Assembly: GCA_016748015.1 (NCBI GenBank)
Contig: JAAOMT010000168.1
Coordinates: 76,190 to 140,189 of the forward strand
Direction of reading: 5' to 3'
DNA: 64,000 bases
From: Geosiphon pyriformis uo1
Taxonomy: Eukaryota; Fungi; Glomeromycota
Positions 25,744-39,400 of the stretch are shown here, piece by piece (the stretch's first letter is position 1; the number at the start of each line of letters is the position of its first letter). The notes beneath the pieces are model-generated. The model searched no databases and was not told the DNA's origin. It saw only the letters and a list, made by a program, of their open reading frames with translations. Made by a program: the position numbers and the translations under genes.

Positions 25744-28700
25744 TTTAGTGCTTTCTGTGAGATATAATTCTACAGAGAATTAGCACCAACAACAACTATT
25801 CAAAAGTGATAGAATCAGAAAAAAGAAAAACAAATTATTTAGAATTTGCCAAATTCTTATTTTAATATTACTGTCAACATTTGGAATCAATGAACAACCA
25901 ACTATTAGCAGAATTAGTCTTCAATTTTTATATTAATAAAAAAATTAAATATTTTCTGAGAGAACCAATAAATACTATATCAGCAAGAAAAAATTTTTAC
26001 AACAAATTAATTCAATATACCAGCTTATTATTAAATCACAACTTCGTTTTAATCATTACTGAAATCAACAGAGAAATTGAAAATTACACTCAACAAACAT
26101 TTTTTATTACTTATACAGAAAAAGACAAAAGAAAATTACAAACACCAGCAAGAATTTCAAAGCAAATACAATTATCTACTTGGAAGAAACAGAGAGTTGA
26201 TTTACCAGCTAATTCATTATATCATTATACACCTGAAAGTACCATCAATATAATATTAATAGGTGCATTTACAGCAAACACAATAACACTATTAAACAGA
26301 ATTTTGTTTTAAAGTAAACAGAAGAAAGCAGAGTTATTAGGAACTTAAAGCAATTATTTTGAGAAATTTAAATTATGATCCCAAATGCCATCAGAATTTT
26401 AATCACTGTTATCTCAACCAAATTTTGGAATTGTTAGTCCTTAGAAGGTAATAGAATCAGAAGAAAAAAAAGACGAAAATCAAGAATTTAATTATTAAAA
26501 ACCAATTCCAGAAAACTCAGAAATACAAACTCCAATTATTCCAACTCAGCAAAATTAGAACAATTAAAACCCTGTTTTTAGTATTCTTCAAAACTTATCT
26601 CTAGTAATTATAATTAATCTATCATCAGTTGTCCCAATTACTAAACAACATTAACAGTCACAACAACTACTTTAACCACAATCACAATAACAACCAATAA
26701 TAGCACCAATAGCATATATACCAATTGCCAAATTAGAAAAGTTTACCAGTAAAGAGAATGATACTCAAGTCTGACTAAATAATATCACTAAAGCCATCAT
26801 GACTAATAATTAGGACAACACCAGAGCCCTTTAAGCAATCTTATATTTTTTACAAGATATTGCTGACTTATAATATCAAAGCCTGACACAAAAACTCCAA
26901 AATTTCAATACTTTTAAAGTTGAATTTTCAAGGTATTTTAGTAATAATAATAGCATTAATTAATTGGTAAATATCTTAACCAGCATTAAACAAGAAGAAA
27001 CTGAAGCTGTTAATACATACTTATAACACTTTCATTGCAATCTGTGCCAAATTCAAGCCATTGATGCCAATTATTTTACAATGACACAAATCTTAAATCA
27101 GTTTATTTGTGGATTATACAGTATTCTACAATGTGTATGTTTATTACATTTAGCTGATCTTTAAGCTGCAGTTACCTACACCAGAGACTTTGAATCAGCT
27201 GAACTAGAAGCCAATCATGTCTAAGCTGTAAACTTAGTAATAAACAAATCATCTAACTTGGACTCAAATTGAAACAATTCAGTAACTCAATTAATTAAAA
27301 ATTGGAAGAATACATAGCTAATAATTAAGCCATTTATCAATCTTTACAATGGCATAATAATTAAAAAAACTTTAATTGATTCCAAAATCAGTCATGTCTA
27401 TCCTTATCAAATTAACAATAGCAGCAAAAAATGTGTATTTGCCACTACTGCTGTAAGTAAAAACACTTAAAAATAAACTGTCAATTAAGATTAAATAATC
27501 AATAATCAAGAAATCAACATCAAAATCCCAATTACTGGTTTCAAACTCTGAATTATTCTCTAAATCAAGATCAATATCAACCTTATTATCCACAAATAAC
27601 ATTACAACCAATATACACATCTTTAATCTATTAAATTCCAGTTTTAATAATTTATAATCTGCAGCCACAAGTAATCTATCAACTCCAATTCATCTCAACA
27701 CTACCACAAAACTTAGCTTAAATGTTATCTGAAAACCAAAGGCTAAGAATCACACATACAGCAAAACTGGATATTAGTAATAGTAATACACCAACTGATC
27801 TCCAGTTCATCAAGTCAGACATTAGAATTCTGCCAGCAGAGTTTGGATATTGGGTACAATCAAAACCCAAATTTCCAGAACTATTTAAGTCTCTTGGTTA
27901 TTTCAGATAATACTCAATTCAACAAACCAGAAACAAAAACAAACATTTACCAACAATATTTCACTTGTAACTATTACTAAAAATAAATTTCTTGCCACAA
28001 TATTCCTAAAATAGATACTTCATTAAAAACACTATTATTCAGTAGAGCCACCTTAAATACCAAACCTATTATCACCATGTATACTAATACTAAAGTCAAT
28101 AGTTAACCCATCAAACTGATTCTTAATAGTGGATCAACAGGCAGCATTATTACATAATAATTTATAAACCAATTAGGTTGCTGAGTTGATTGTACTACCA
28201 ACATCAGAATTATTACTGCTAATAGAATAACAAAAATGCCCATTGATAAGATCAATGACTTTCTTTTTAAAGTCAACAGCATTATCATATTCATAAAAGT
28301 TCTTGTTATAGAAACCACACAGTACTAAGCATTAGTTGGTAATGACTAACTGTTCAAAACCAATGCCATTCTTAACTGAATCACACAAGAATTTCAGCTT
28401 AGTCAAAATGGTCAGCAAATTCAGATATTTGCCATTTGCAGCCATTTTAAAACAAATGCCACTTAACTGCTACCACTAATCAAATTCGAAAAAAAAAAAA
28501 AAAAACCTACCTGGAAAGCCTACCAAATTTCATGAACTAAAGATGACCATAATGAGCTATCATTACTTTTAAACTGGAATGACAAAAGAAAAAGAAAAAA
28601 AGAAGACAAACCCAAAGAAACTACTGCCACAAAAAAAATAATCAGTGGATAAAAAAAATCATACTTAGTAGATACAAAAAAAAACCATTATATATTCTAC

Positions 28701-29532
28701 TCAAATATAAAAACTGCAAAAAAAAACTGTTTTCCATAGAAGCATAGATTACACCTAACAAAAACTACTAAACATACACACACTACTACTATAAGTCATA
28801 TTACAGAAAATGCTATAGTTACCTCAAATAGCAAGACAAGTAAAACAATAAATTATGTTTCACTTGTGAAGAACAATTATTCAACAAAAAAATATGGAAT
28901 AACATTTCTGGTTGAGGAGAATGTGTGACATTTTATGTCAATACATGGTCTTTATAAGTGATTTGGTCAGCAGAAAAACATCTTTCAATGCTACATGAAA
29001 CTATGTTTTGTTATGCTTAAACTGTTATTCACATAATAAAAATAAGATCTAAAGTATAACAAGTGCCAAAGTCAAAGGTGTTTTGTCCAGCAAAATTTAA
29101 AAATTAAAAATAACTCACTAAAACCAGTAGAAATTTTTCTTATTTTCAATTTCAACACTTTTTTTAATATTGAAGCCAGTTCAGAAAAATTCTATAAACA
29201 TTACCAGAATTTAGTATTAACCAGACAAAAACAAGAGCAGTATTTAAAACAACTAAACACCCAACTATGTAACTACTGTTTAATACCATGTGACTTTTAG
29301 TATTGTAATAATTGTGACATTATTTACAATCCATCACCATGTATAATCTATTCAATTTCAGAAAAGAAAGAACCAATTAGTAAATACACAAAAAAATCGG
29401 AATTGAAATTCAATCTTAATTCAGACTCTAATGATAACAACAATAATAGTTCTAACTCTGTTCACTATAACAGTAACAACAGTAATTTAAACTCCAATTA
29501 TAACTTCAAACAATATATTGCACTCCCAAATC
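24948..29532 (+). mobile_element. Gypsy family A, 5' half (LTR, PBS, gag, protease, Cys-rich insert)
   Basis: Collinear with 35563-40452; LILNSGSTGSII protease at ~28115; ends just before dUTPase. Confidence 0.92.
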
Positions 29533-31349
29533 TGTTGATAAAACAGGCAATTAAAGCAGCCAACTTTTTTTTAGACTGCAATTGCTTTAATGATTTTAAA
29601 TCATTGTTATCAATAGAATTTTAGCTATTAACTAGCATAAAATTACTCTTATAATTCCTATTATTAATTAGCATATATTAATACTATTTCAAATTATTAC
29701 TTATTAATTAATTAAATTATCAAATAGCACTATTTAATTATTAACCTAATTTGTATTATAGAAATTAAGATGATTAAATTACACAATACTCTGAACTACT
29801 TAACATTTAAAAATTCATTGAAATTTGTAAAAATTTGTTAAAATCATAAATAATTAACCAAAATAGTTAATAGTTTAACAAAATAACTTGTAGTTTGCCA
29901 AAATATATCTTTAGTTTATTGAAATCATAGTAAAGAAGAAAATTCAAGTTTATAAACAAGTACTATAACAAGTTGTATAAAAAAAAAGCTTTTTTTTTCA
30001 AAAAATGTATCTTATTTTCTATTAAATATTTTAATTAGAATCAATAATTCTTTATATATTTTTACAAATTAAAAATAAAAATCAAATATTCAAAAATCCA
30101 AATCTTTAATTATTATATTTAGAACTGCTAAAACCCAATTAACAATTTGAAATTGATTAGCTACCAATTTCAATAAATTTGTTAATAACTCTAGATCTGA
30201 ATACAAAACGTTTTTTTTGACAAAATTCTATTTTTTTTACATTTTTTATTATAATTATTAGAATAGTCTACAAATGAGATTTCTGTAAAAGAGTTAACTT
30301 TCACAGCAAAGTAATTATACAGTTTTGGTAAGTTTCCAGATAAGTAATTTTTGGGAAAGAGTTGATGTTTATTACAACATAACTATACAAAGTAATTGGC
30401 ATGAAATTGGCCATTTCACTTTTACTAAAGGTTTTTGGTCTCATTTCTTGAAGGTTATTAATGCCTAATTGCTGTAATTTCACGTTTTTTTGAAGTACTT
30501 GAACCTTCAATAACTGAATTTATCTTTTTAAATTATCTTTTATAATTTGAACTGCTGGACTTATAAGTAGAATGGCCAATTTTATGTTAGTTACTTTATG
30601 TAGTTACATTGTTATAAATATCAACTCTTTTCCAGAAATTGCTCATCTAGAAGTTCACTAAATGTGTAGTTACTTTGCTGTAAAAATCAACTTTTTTACA
30701 GAAATCTTGTCTGTAGACAACTCTAATGATTATGATAAAAAAAATTAAAAAATTAAAAAAAATTAAAAAAAATTAAAATTTTGTCAAGGGAAATGTTTTC
30801 TATCTAGGCCTGAAGTTATTAACAAATTTATTAAAATTGGTAAATAACAATTTCAAGTATAATAATTTAAAAATTTAAGATTTTTGAATATTTGATTTTT
30901 ATTTAATTTTGTAAAAGTATTTAAGAAATAATTGATTCTAATTAAAATATTTACGATAAAATAAATACATTTTCTTGAAAAAAGAAGCTCTTTTTTATAC
31001 AACTTGTTATAGTACTAGTCTTTGAACTTGCATTTTTTTTTTTACTATAATTTCAGCAAACTAAAGATACATTTCAGTGAATTACAAATTATTTCTACAA
31101 ATTATTGATTATTTCAGCCAATTTCTATCTATTTCGGCGAATTTTTGAATATTAAATAGTTTAAGATATTGTGTAATTTGATCATCTTAATTTTTATAGT
31201 ACAAATCGAATTGTTAATTGAATAATAATATTTAATAATTTGATTAACTAATAAGTGTTAATTGAAATAATAATAATATATACTAATTAATGCTAAGAAT
31301 TAAAAGAGTAATTCCATGTTAATTAATAGTTAAAATTCTACTGGTAACA
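29533..31349 (-). repeat. Putative 3' LTR of family C (~1.8 kb)
   Basis: Begins TGTTACC after the PPT; minus strand ends TTATCAACA at 29533, exactly where the family-A element is interrupted; second LTR not in window. Confidence 0.65.
29605..31349. repeat. Long imperfect inverted repeat, arms ~29605-30424 and ~30562-31349, spacer ~137 bp
   Basis: TGTTATCAATAGAATTTTAGCTATTAA / TTAATAGTTAAAATTCTACTGGTAACA at the ends; AGTACTATAACAAGTTGTATAAAAAA / TTTTTTATACAACTTGTTATAGTACT mid-arm; AAATTGGCCATT / AATGGCCAATTT at the inner ends. Confidence 0.95.
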
Positions 31350-32979
31350 TAATTTTCTCTTCAAGATTGAGTTCTATCAAAATCTAAGCACTATCTGTAA
31401 TATTGAGATAGTGGTCCAAAATAATCGTGGTAATTTGGTCTGAAAATTGTTGAAATTTCAGTTCTGTAAGTTTGCCAATGTATTGTATTTTTATTAGTTA
31501 GAGTATTAAATTTTATAAGATGTTTTCACAAGTATTAAATAAGTTATAAAGTCTAAGTGCTGCTCTGAGTTTATAGTAAATGTTTGTTGGTTCAGCTGCT
31601 GTCTTGAATCATTGTAAATTTGTTTTTGTATTGCTTCAGAAGTGAGATTTGTTGTTGTAAGTTTTAATTTTCATTAATAAAGTGTTCTTTCAATATAAAA
31701 ATAATTATATATAAGAGTATAGTTATTGTTCTGTTTATTAAAAATTAATAAAAGTTTTTGTTGGATTGTGTCATTTGGTAAAATGTCAATAGGAATAATA
31801 AGAAAGTTTTTTTTTAAAGTTTGCTTCAAAAGTTCTGGTAGTTGACTTTCAGAATAACTTCTTGTGTTTGTTTTATAAAAATGATATTTCTGGGAATTAT
31901 TTACTACTGAAACTGCAGTTTCTTTTTGGGTGTAATTAATTTTGTTTTCATTGATCATTATAGATAAGTCAGGAAGTGTTTTTAAAGCTAACATTAAATT
32001 TTGTGATATTTATTAAATGTTTCAGGGAATAAGCATTATAAAATTTGAATAAATTTTGAAATTTGAAAAAGAAAAAAATTATTTTTGGTATAGAAGTTTT
32101 TATATATTTTTTTGTTTGGGTATTTTTTGGTAATTATTTTGCTATTTTTGTTTTTAATGTTTCTGTATTTTAAAAGAAATAACTAATAAAATTAAATATT
32201 CAGATTTGTTATTATTCTATTATAACTATTGGTTCTAAATTTCGAGAAATATTTTTAGGATTAATTAGAAAAGAATATATACCAATTTGTGGAATTAATA
32301 ATTCAATTTTGTTTCTGGAATAATAGTGTTATAGTCGATTTTTTTGTGCAACTTTGGCTAGGATTTTGTTATCAAGTTTTAACTTGTATGATCTATTGCT
32401 TAAGATTTTATGAATATAAAATAGTCTATCTTATTTATGTTCAAATTTTTTACCCTATTGTTTTTTAGTCTTAGTTCTGTGTAAGAAAACTTTGTTTTCA
32501 ACTTTAAATTTATTAATAACTAATAGCAGTTTGTTATTATGCTATTCTTTTTGTTAAGCTTGAGAGTGTTTAATATAAGTTACTGCAATTTATTATTTTT
32601 TTTCCAATATGCTAAAAAGAGTGTAAACTCTTTGTTAAAAAGTTTCTTGGAAGTTTTTTTTTGTAATGAATTGTACTAGATATGTATCTACTGTAAAATT
32701 AATTAGTAATATTGCTATTCTTCTATTGGTAAGATCAAATGATATGTGTTTTATAGTATCTTGTTTTAGTGTTTTATATGCTAATAATACTGATAAAATA
32801 AAGATATTCTATTCTTGTTCAAAATTGGTTGAAACTTTAACTAGTAATTCACATAGTGTTTAGTTGAAACATTCTACAAGTTCATTTATTTGGAAGTAAT
32901 AAGATAATAATAAAAGTTTTTTAATATTGAATTGTTCACAAATTTTTTGCATTAAGTTATTTACAAAGTGTGTTTTTAT

Positions 32980-33340
32980 ATAAATTTATTTACAATTAAT
33001 AATAATATATTTTTTAATTTGATATTATTATAAAAACATAAACCTATTAGTGTTAAAACTGATGTTTTAAAAACAGTCAAATGGCTAGTTAGATTGGTTA
33101 ATAATAGTGCTATATTGTTTAAAATTATTCAAAAAATATTTTCTTTAGATAAGTTTTTTTTTAATGTATCAATATAATATAACTTAAATTAGCTTAAATA
33201 ACTAATTATATGTAAAAAGAACATAAACTGTATTTAACTTTAAAATACTTAATTTGTTTCTAATTTCTAAATAAAAATTAGATTATATATATTAAATATA
33301 TAATAAAAAATAATAAATATAAAAATAAAATAAAAAATAA
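32980..33340 (+). mobile_element. 5'-truncated ORF1-only LINE derivative (ORF1 C-terminus, 3' UTR, A-tail)
   Basis: Translates ...KPISVKTDVLKTVKWLVRLVNNSAILFKIIQKIFSLDKFF; inverted homologue of 35135-35460. Confidence 0.75.
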
Positions 33341-33344
33341 AACA

Positions 33345-34890
33345 ATTATTTATAACTAATTTTTGTTTTTTTATATATTATTAAAATTATAATTTTATAA
33401 GTTTTTTATTATAAATTTTAATATTTATGTTTATATAATATAGATAATATAAAAAATATTTTGTATTTTTATTTATAACTAAAAAAATTAAAAAAAATTT
33501 ATTTAATATTATTTGTTTTAATACTATTTTAATCTAAAAAATAAAAAAATATTAATAATTTTTCTAAAACTGTTATTAATATTATAATATATTTTTTTAA
33601 GATTAATTTGAAAATTAATATTAAGATTTATAGTTTGTTGTTTTTAATTTTAACTAATATACAAACTATTATTTTAATACTTATATATATTTTAATATTA
33701 TTTAATATTATAATTTTTTTTGATAACCAAGTATTTTAAATACTTATAATATTAAGTTAATATTAAAAGACTCTAATTTTTATAATAATTGTTAAATTAA
33801 ATACTATTATATTAAGAATTTAATTAAATTTAAAAATATTTTTATTAAATAAGTAAAAGTTAAAAGTTATTTTAATGTCTTAAACAATAAACAAACTAAT
33901 ATATTGGCTAATTTGATTATGTTTTTAGTGTTTATTTTTTCAGCAATTATTGAAAAAAGTTTTTTAATGATGACTAATTAGATAATTTTTAGTAATATAT
34001 TATTTTATTAAATGTTTTTTATAAAAAACTTGTCTAAATTTTAAGATTATAAATTTTTTATTTATTAATAATATTAATTGATATCTCATTGTTTTGGTTT
34101 AATACTCTAATTTTTATATAGCTGTTAGTTTTATAAATAAATTTATTATTAATTTATATATATATTTAATAAAAGTTTTATATAAAAGATTATTAATTAC
34201 TATTAGAAAGTAATTATATAATAATAAATATTCAAATATATTGCATATACAATATATAAAAATGAAGTTTTTAGATCAATTCTTTATCTATGATTCAAAT
34301 TTGTTTATTTATTAAAAATTATTAAATAAATAATTTTTTATTTAAAAATTTTTAACTAGTATTAATTTTGGTATTTTTAATAATGTTTTAATTATTGGTT
34401 TTAGGTTTTTTTAATATTAGTTTATACTTAATTTTATGTAAAAAGTTTATTTATAAAAATTAGTTAATAAAAACTAGAACAGTTTTTAATAATATTAAAA
34501 TTATTATATTAAAACTGGTTAATTTTGTATAAAAATTAGTTATTAATTATAAAGATTATATATAATTATCTAACTTAAAATTGCAAATGATAATAAAATA
34601 AAAAAAATTATTAAGTAATAATAATATGATATGTATTAATATTTCAGATATTTTAAAATAATGTTTTATAACATTATATTTGTTAAAAATAATTAAAAAC
34701 AAATTATTAGTTTTAAATTAAGAATTAAATACATATTTTTCTAATATATTTGTTAATATAGTTTTATAGTATTGTTTTAATTAGCCAATTGGCTAATTAT
34801 TTATAATAAATATATAAATCATATTTAATTTAAAACTTTAAATAGTTGTATTATATTAGTTAATAATTAAATTTTGCTTATAAAAAAAAA
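33345..34890 (+). mobile_element. Extremely eroded LINE 3' relic (RNase H / C-terminal region, 3' UTR)
   Basis: V*YSNFYIAVSFINKFIINLYIYLIKVLYKRLLITIRK (~34097-34210; cf. VWHPDSHMAAGFTSRFTANLCSYFIKTLYHYLLVAVRK); 3' UTR TAGTATTGTTTTAATTAGCCAATTGGCTAATT ~34767 and A-tail ~34882. Confidence 0.78.
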
Positions 34891-35134
34891 TTATTAAAAT
34901 CATTTTTTTCTAATTTATAATGTTTTAATTATGATTTTATTATTTTTATTGTTTATAAAAAAGTTTATATTAAAATATTAATATGTATTTTATTTTAAAA
35001 TATATTAAAAAAATATTAATGATAAAATATAATAAAATTAATTATTTATTATATCAAAGTTTTTTAAAATATATAAAAACAATATTTTAAATAAATTACT
35101 AAAAAATATTTTTAAAAAATTAACAAAAAATATA

Positions 35135-35562
35135 ATTTTTTTTTAATTTTATTGAGTAAGGATTAATTATTATCTAAAAATTAGAAACAAACCAAGTATT
35201 CTAATATTAAATATAGTTCACATATTTTCTATATATAATTAGTTACTTAAACCAGTTTAAACTATATTATATTGATATTTTAAAAAAAAATTTATCCAAA
35301 AAAACATTTTTTAAACAATTTTAAACAATATAACACTATTACCAAACAATTTAATTAGCTATTTAGCTGTTTTTAAGACATTAGTCTTTATAATAACAGA
35401 TTTATGTTCCTAAAATAACATTAGATTAAAAAACATATTATTATCAACAGTAGACAAACTTATATGAAAGCCAGATATATTAATATCTTCATAGCCAAAC
35501 TCAGTTGTTAAAACAACTACTTTCTATTCTAATTTATTAATAGTCTTATTAAAGATACTCAT
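35135..35562 (-). mobile_element. ORF1-only LINE derivative, 3' segment (split from 45721-47580 by the Gypsy insertion)
   Basis: ORF1 C-terminus, stop at 35267-35269, LINE-type 3' UTR (..CCTTACTCAATAAA) and A-tail on the minus strand. Confidence 0.8.
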
Positions 35563-36423
35563 TGTTACTTATAGAAATATAGAAAATATATTAGCATGAT
35601 TATTAAACAATCAGAAATAGGTATAGTAAATGTGGAATTCCAGGATTCTTCTCAGAAATTACAGGATTTCAGGAATTTCAGGATTCCCCGACGAGAAATC
35701 ACAGAATTCCAGAATTCCAGGATTCCTCTCAAAGAAATTGCAGGATTTCTGTCATAAAGAATCGAGGAATTGAGGAATCTCAATTATGTATATATAGCAG
35801 CAAGATTAGAAGCTAAAAAGACAGACCTCTTAGTTTTAAATTTAATTTAAGCAACTCTCTAAATTACAATCATCTAATAAATAACTATTTGTTATCTCAA
35901 ACCCATTTCCACTATCAACACTTTATGTTAATAGTAATTGATACTTAACCACACTAAAACAATAGCTCTTGATTATGGCTATTAATGAAATACTAACTTG
36001 CAAATTGCCTTGGCTTATTTCTTTTCTTTCTTTATTTTATTTTCTTTTCTTTATTTTCTTGCTTTGATTTTATTGTTGTTTACTAACTCTATTGAGGATT
36101 AGCGCACAGAGCACTAATGTCAGGATAAACATGACTGGTAAAAGACCCAGAAATAAGAGTAAAACACTCGATTGAGAATAGCTTACCAGGAGAAATACTG
36201 GCCATCAAGCTGAAAAAAAAATTGATGAAACTGCAGTTTTGGGAAGCTATGAATAAAACTATCACCATTGAATCTCTGTCCATTATACAAAAAACTCAAC
36301 CAAACCCTTCAAATACAAAACCTTTAGATACCAAACCTTCAGATCATCGACAATAAGAATAACCTTAAGCACCAAGTTACAGGTTTGTATTTAATTCAAC
36401 CTCAGAAATTGTTACTTGTAACA
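35563..36423 (+). repeat. 5' LTR
   Basis: TGTTACTTATAG...CTTGTAACA; direct repeat of 44867-45720. Confidence 0.96.
35633..35800 (+). promoter_or_regulatory. LTR U3 array of GGA(A)TT(C/T)CA motifs followed by TATA-like TATATATAG
   Basis: About 10 short motif copies; TATGTATATATAG conserved in all family-A LTRs; function inferred from position. Confidence 0.55.
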
Positions 36424-36442
36424 TTTGATGCTTCCTGTGAGG
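36424..36442 (+). promoter_or_regulatory. Primer-binding site
   Basis: TTTGATGCTTCCTGTGAGG directly after the LTR; variants at 13309, 13361 and 25744 give consensus TGGTGCTYYCTGTGAGG. Confidence 0.85.
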
Positions 36443-36485
36443 TATAATCTTACAGAGAACCAGCACCAACAAACACTATTCAAAA

Positions 36486-39400
36486 GTGGCAGAATCAGAA
36501 AACATAAGAGCAAACCATTTAGGATTCACAAAATCCCTATTTCAATACTATTGTCAACACTTGAGATTAAACTACAATTATATATCTGCCAAATCAGTCT
36601 TTAATTTCTATGTCAATGAAAAAATTTCCTCTTTGTTAGGAACACCAGTGAATACTAAATCAGCCAGAGAAACTTTCTACAGAGAATTAATTCAAAATAC
36701 CAACCTGCCAACAAATCACAATTTTGCCTCCATCATTACTGAGATCAACAAAGAAATTGAATATTACACCCAACAAAGATATCCAATTACTTATGCTAGT
36801 AAAGGCAAAGAAAAACTACAAACACCAGCGGTAACACCCAAAAGGATACAACCACCCATTTGGAAGAAAACAAGAGCTGAATCACCAACTGCTCCATCTT
36901 ATCACTACACACCAGGAAGCGCCATCAATATAACATCAGCAAGTGTGTCCATATCAAATGCAATATTAACAATCAAACAATTCCCATTCCAAAGTAAACA
37001 AAGAAAAACAGATCTACTAGAACCATATGGCAAATATTTTGAAGGATTTAAGTCATAATCACCAACACCATCAGGAATTCAATTACTGCTGCCTCAACTG
37101 GACTTTGGAACCATTACCCTATGGGAACTATCTGAAGAAAAAGAAGAAAAAGAATTAGAAGATCAAGAATTTACTTACCAAAACTTGATCCTTGAAAACC
37201 TGGAATTTGAAACCCCAAACGTTCAAACTCAGTGAAAAAATCCAGAAATTGAAACTCCAAATATTCAAGCACTGCAAAATCAAAACCCCAAAGTAATTAA
37301 TCAATACTTACCTCCAGTTATCATCATTAATCAACCACCAGTTGAACCAATTGGTCAGCCCATCCAAATACTGAACCAACAAACTCAACAACCACCCCCA
37401 GTACCACCTCAACAACAACAACAACTTCTACCACAGCAACAACAACAAATGGCATACGCATCAATCGCAAAGCTCAACAAATTTACCGGCAAAAAGGACG
37501 ACACACAAGTTTGGCTAAATAATGTAGAAAAAGCCATCGCAGCCAACGGATGGAATAATGCCAGAGCCATGCAAGTCATATCTTATTTTCTCAAAAATAC
37601 AGCAGATTCATGGTATCAAAGCCTGATTGACAAACTCCAAGATTTCAATGCCTTCAAATTAGAATTTTTGAGATACTTTAGCAATAACAACAGCATCAAT
37701 AGATTAGCCAACACTTTCATTACAATTAAACAAAGAGAAACTGAAGCAGTTACCACATATCTGGGACACTTCCATAGAAATCTGCAACAAATTCAAGCAA
37801 TTGATGCTAATTATTTTACAGCGCCACAAATTCTCAATCAATTCATCCGTGGTCTGTGCAGTAGCATTCTGTAACACTTACACCCATTGCATCCAGCCAC
37901 TTTCCAGGACACAGTCACATATGCCAGAGATTTCAAATCTGCCAAATTAGAAGCCAATCATGCTCACGCTGTGAACCTAGTGATGAATGGATCATCTGAA
38001 TTGGATTTTAAATTGAAACAAGTCAGTAATTCAATTAATCAGAAGTTAAAAGAATACTTAGCTGACAATTGCGCAATTTATCAACCACCACAACAATACA
38101 ATAATCCAAAAAATGCGAATTGTTTCCAAAATCAGTCACATCCATCATTATTATCAGCAGTACCTAATCAGCCATGACAGCCAGAAACACGTGTTTGCCA
38201 CAACTGTGGTAAACAAGAACACATAAGAGCAGACTGCAGATTTTATAGCAACAATTCACAATCAGGAAATCAATATTGAAACCTCAATCACAGATTTCAA
38301 ACTCCAAATTGTTATCCAAATCAAAATCAAACTACTTACCTGCCAATAATGCAGCCACCAATCTATCAGCTGCCAATATATCAACCTCAAATTTATCAAC
38401 TGCAGCCACCAATAATCTATTAGCCACAACCCCAAATAATTTATCAATCCCAATCAATTCAGACACTGCCCCAAAATTCAGTTAATATGACATCAGGCCA
38501 CCTCAAACCTAGAATTACACAAAACTGGAGATTGGCAATGATTGTCCACCAACTGATCTCCAGTTCTTTTAACTCACCATCAGAATTGCGTTCTTGGAAT
38601 TCGGGTACTGGTGCCACCCAAAACCTGAATTCTCAGAACTATTTAAGTCTCTTAGTTATCCCAGAAGATGCCACCAACACCAATTTGGGATCTAACCAAC
38701 AATTAACACTCACCAGCAATATTCCACCAGCCACCGTTACAGAAGACAAGTTACTCGCAGCCATATCCCCATTTGAAATTGAGGAACCATCAGAAGTTTC
38801 TTTGTTCAACAGAGTCACTATTGAGGAAAAACCCATCACAGCGATATACACCGATGCCAAAATTAATGGCCATTTCATCAAGCTCATTCTTGATAGTGCG
38901 TCAGCAGGCAGCATTATCACATGACAACTTATGGACCAATTAGGTCGCCGAGTTGATCATGTTGCCAGTGCCAAAATTATAACAGCTGATGGAGCAACCA
39001 AAACTCCTATTGGTGAGATTAACAATCTACCCATTGAAATTAATAGCATCACTGTACCAATCAAGATATTAGTAATGGAAGCAACCCAGTACCAAGCTCT
39101 TGTTGGCAACAACTGGTTGTTTAAAACCAATGCAATACTCGACTGAAACACACAGGAACTCCAACTTAGCCAAAATGGCCAATACATGTGAGTACTGGCC
39201 ATGTGTGGCCATTTTAAATCTAACAACATCACATTATCAATGCCGCTTATTGATTTTGAAAAGGAAAAACCAAAGCTTACTTGGGAGATGTATCAAGTAT
39301 CATGGGCCAATGTCGAGCACAACAAGCTACCGCCAATTCTAGACTGGGAAGAAAGGAACAATGTAAAGAGAAAAGAAACAGAAACAGAAGAACATACCTG

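Larger units (their letters stand above)
29533..32975 (-). mobile_element. Gypsy family C, 3' part: integrase core and C-terminus, ORF3, PPT, 3' LTR
   Basis: Reverse translation THFVNN...NELVECFN*TLCELL...SVLLAYKTLKQDT (32975-32755), ends RNLEPIVIIE* (~32211); minus strand reads GATTTTGATAGAACTCAATCTTGAAGAGAAAATTA|TGTTACC at 31350, mirroring GATTTCAACAGAGCTCAATATTAAAAGGAGAGAATAA|TGTTACT at 44867. Confidence 0.87.

Noticed and set aside
30301-30510. 69-aa ORF crossing the palindrome spacer
   Set aside because: Non-ATG start, no recognisable motif, lies within a putative LTR
29605-31349. Independent Foldback/MITE DNA transposon as explanation of the palindrome
   Set aside because: No TSD at the arm ends, and the right end coincides exactly with the PPT/LTR junction; disfavoured but not excluded
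32980-35460. Inverted pair 32980-33340 / 35135-35460 as TIRs of one element
   Set aside because: Each is the 3' end of a separate half-LINE copy with its own A-tail pointing inward
38276-38485. Apparent gag/pol frameshift ORF
   Set aside because: The main frame continues (Q/P/Y-rich) through transition-type stops, so the alternative-frame ORF is incidental
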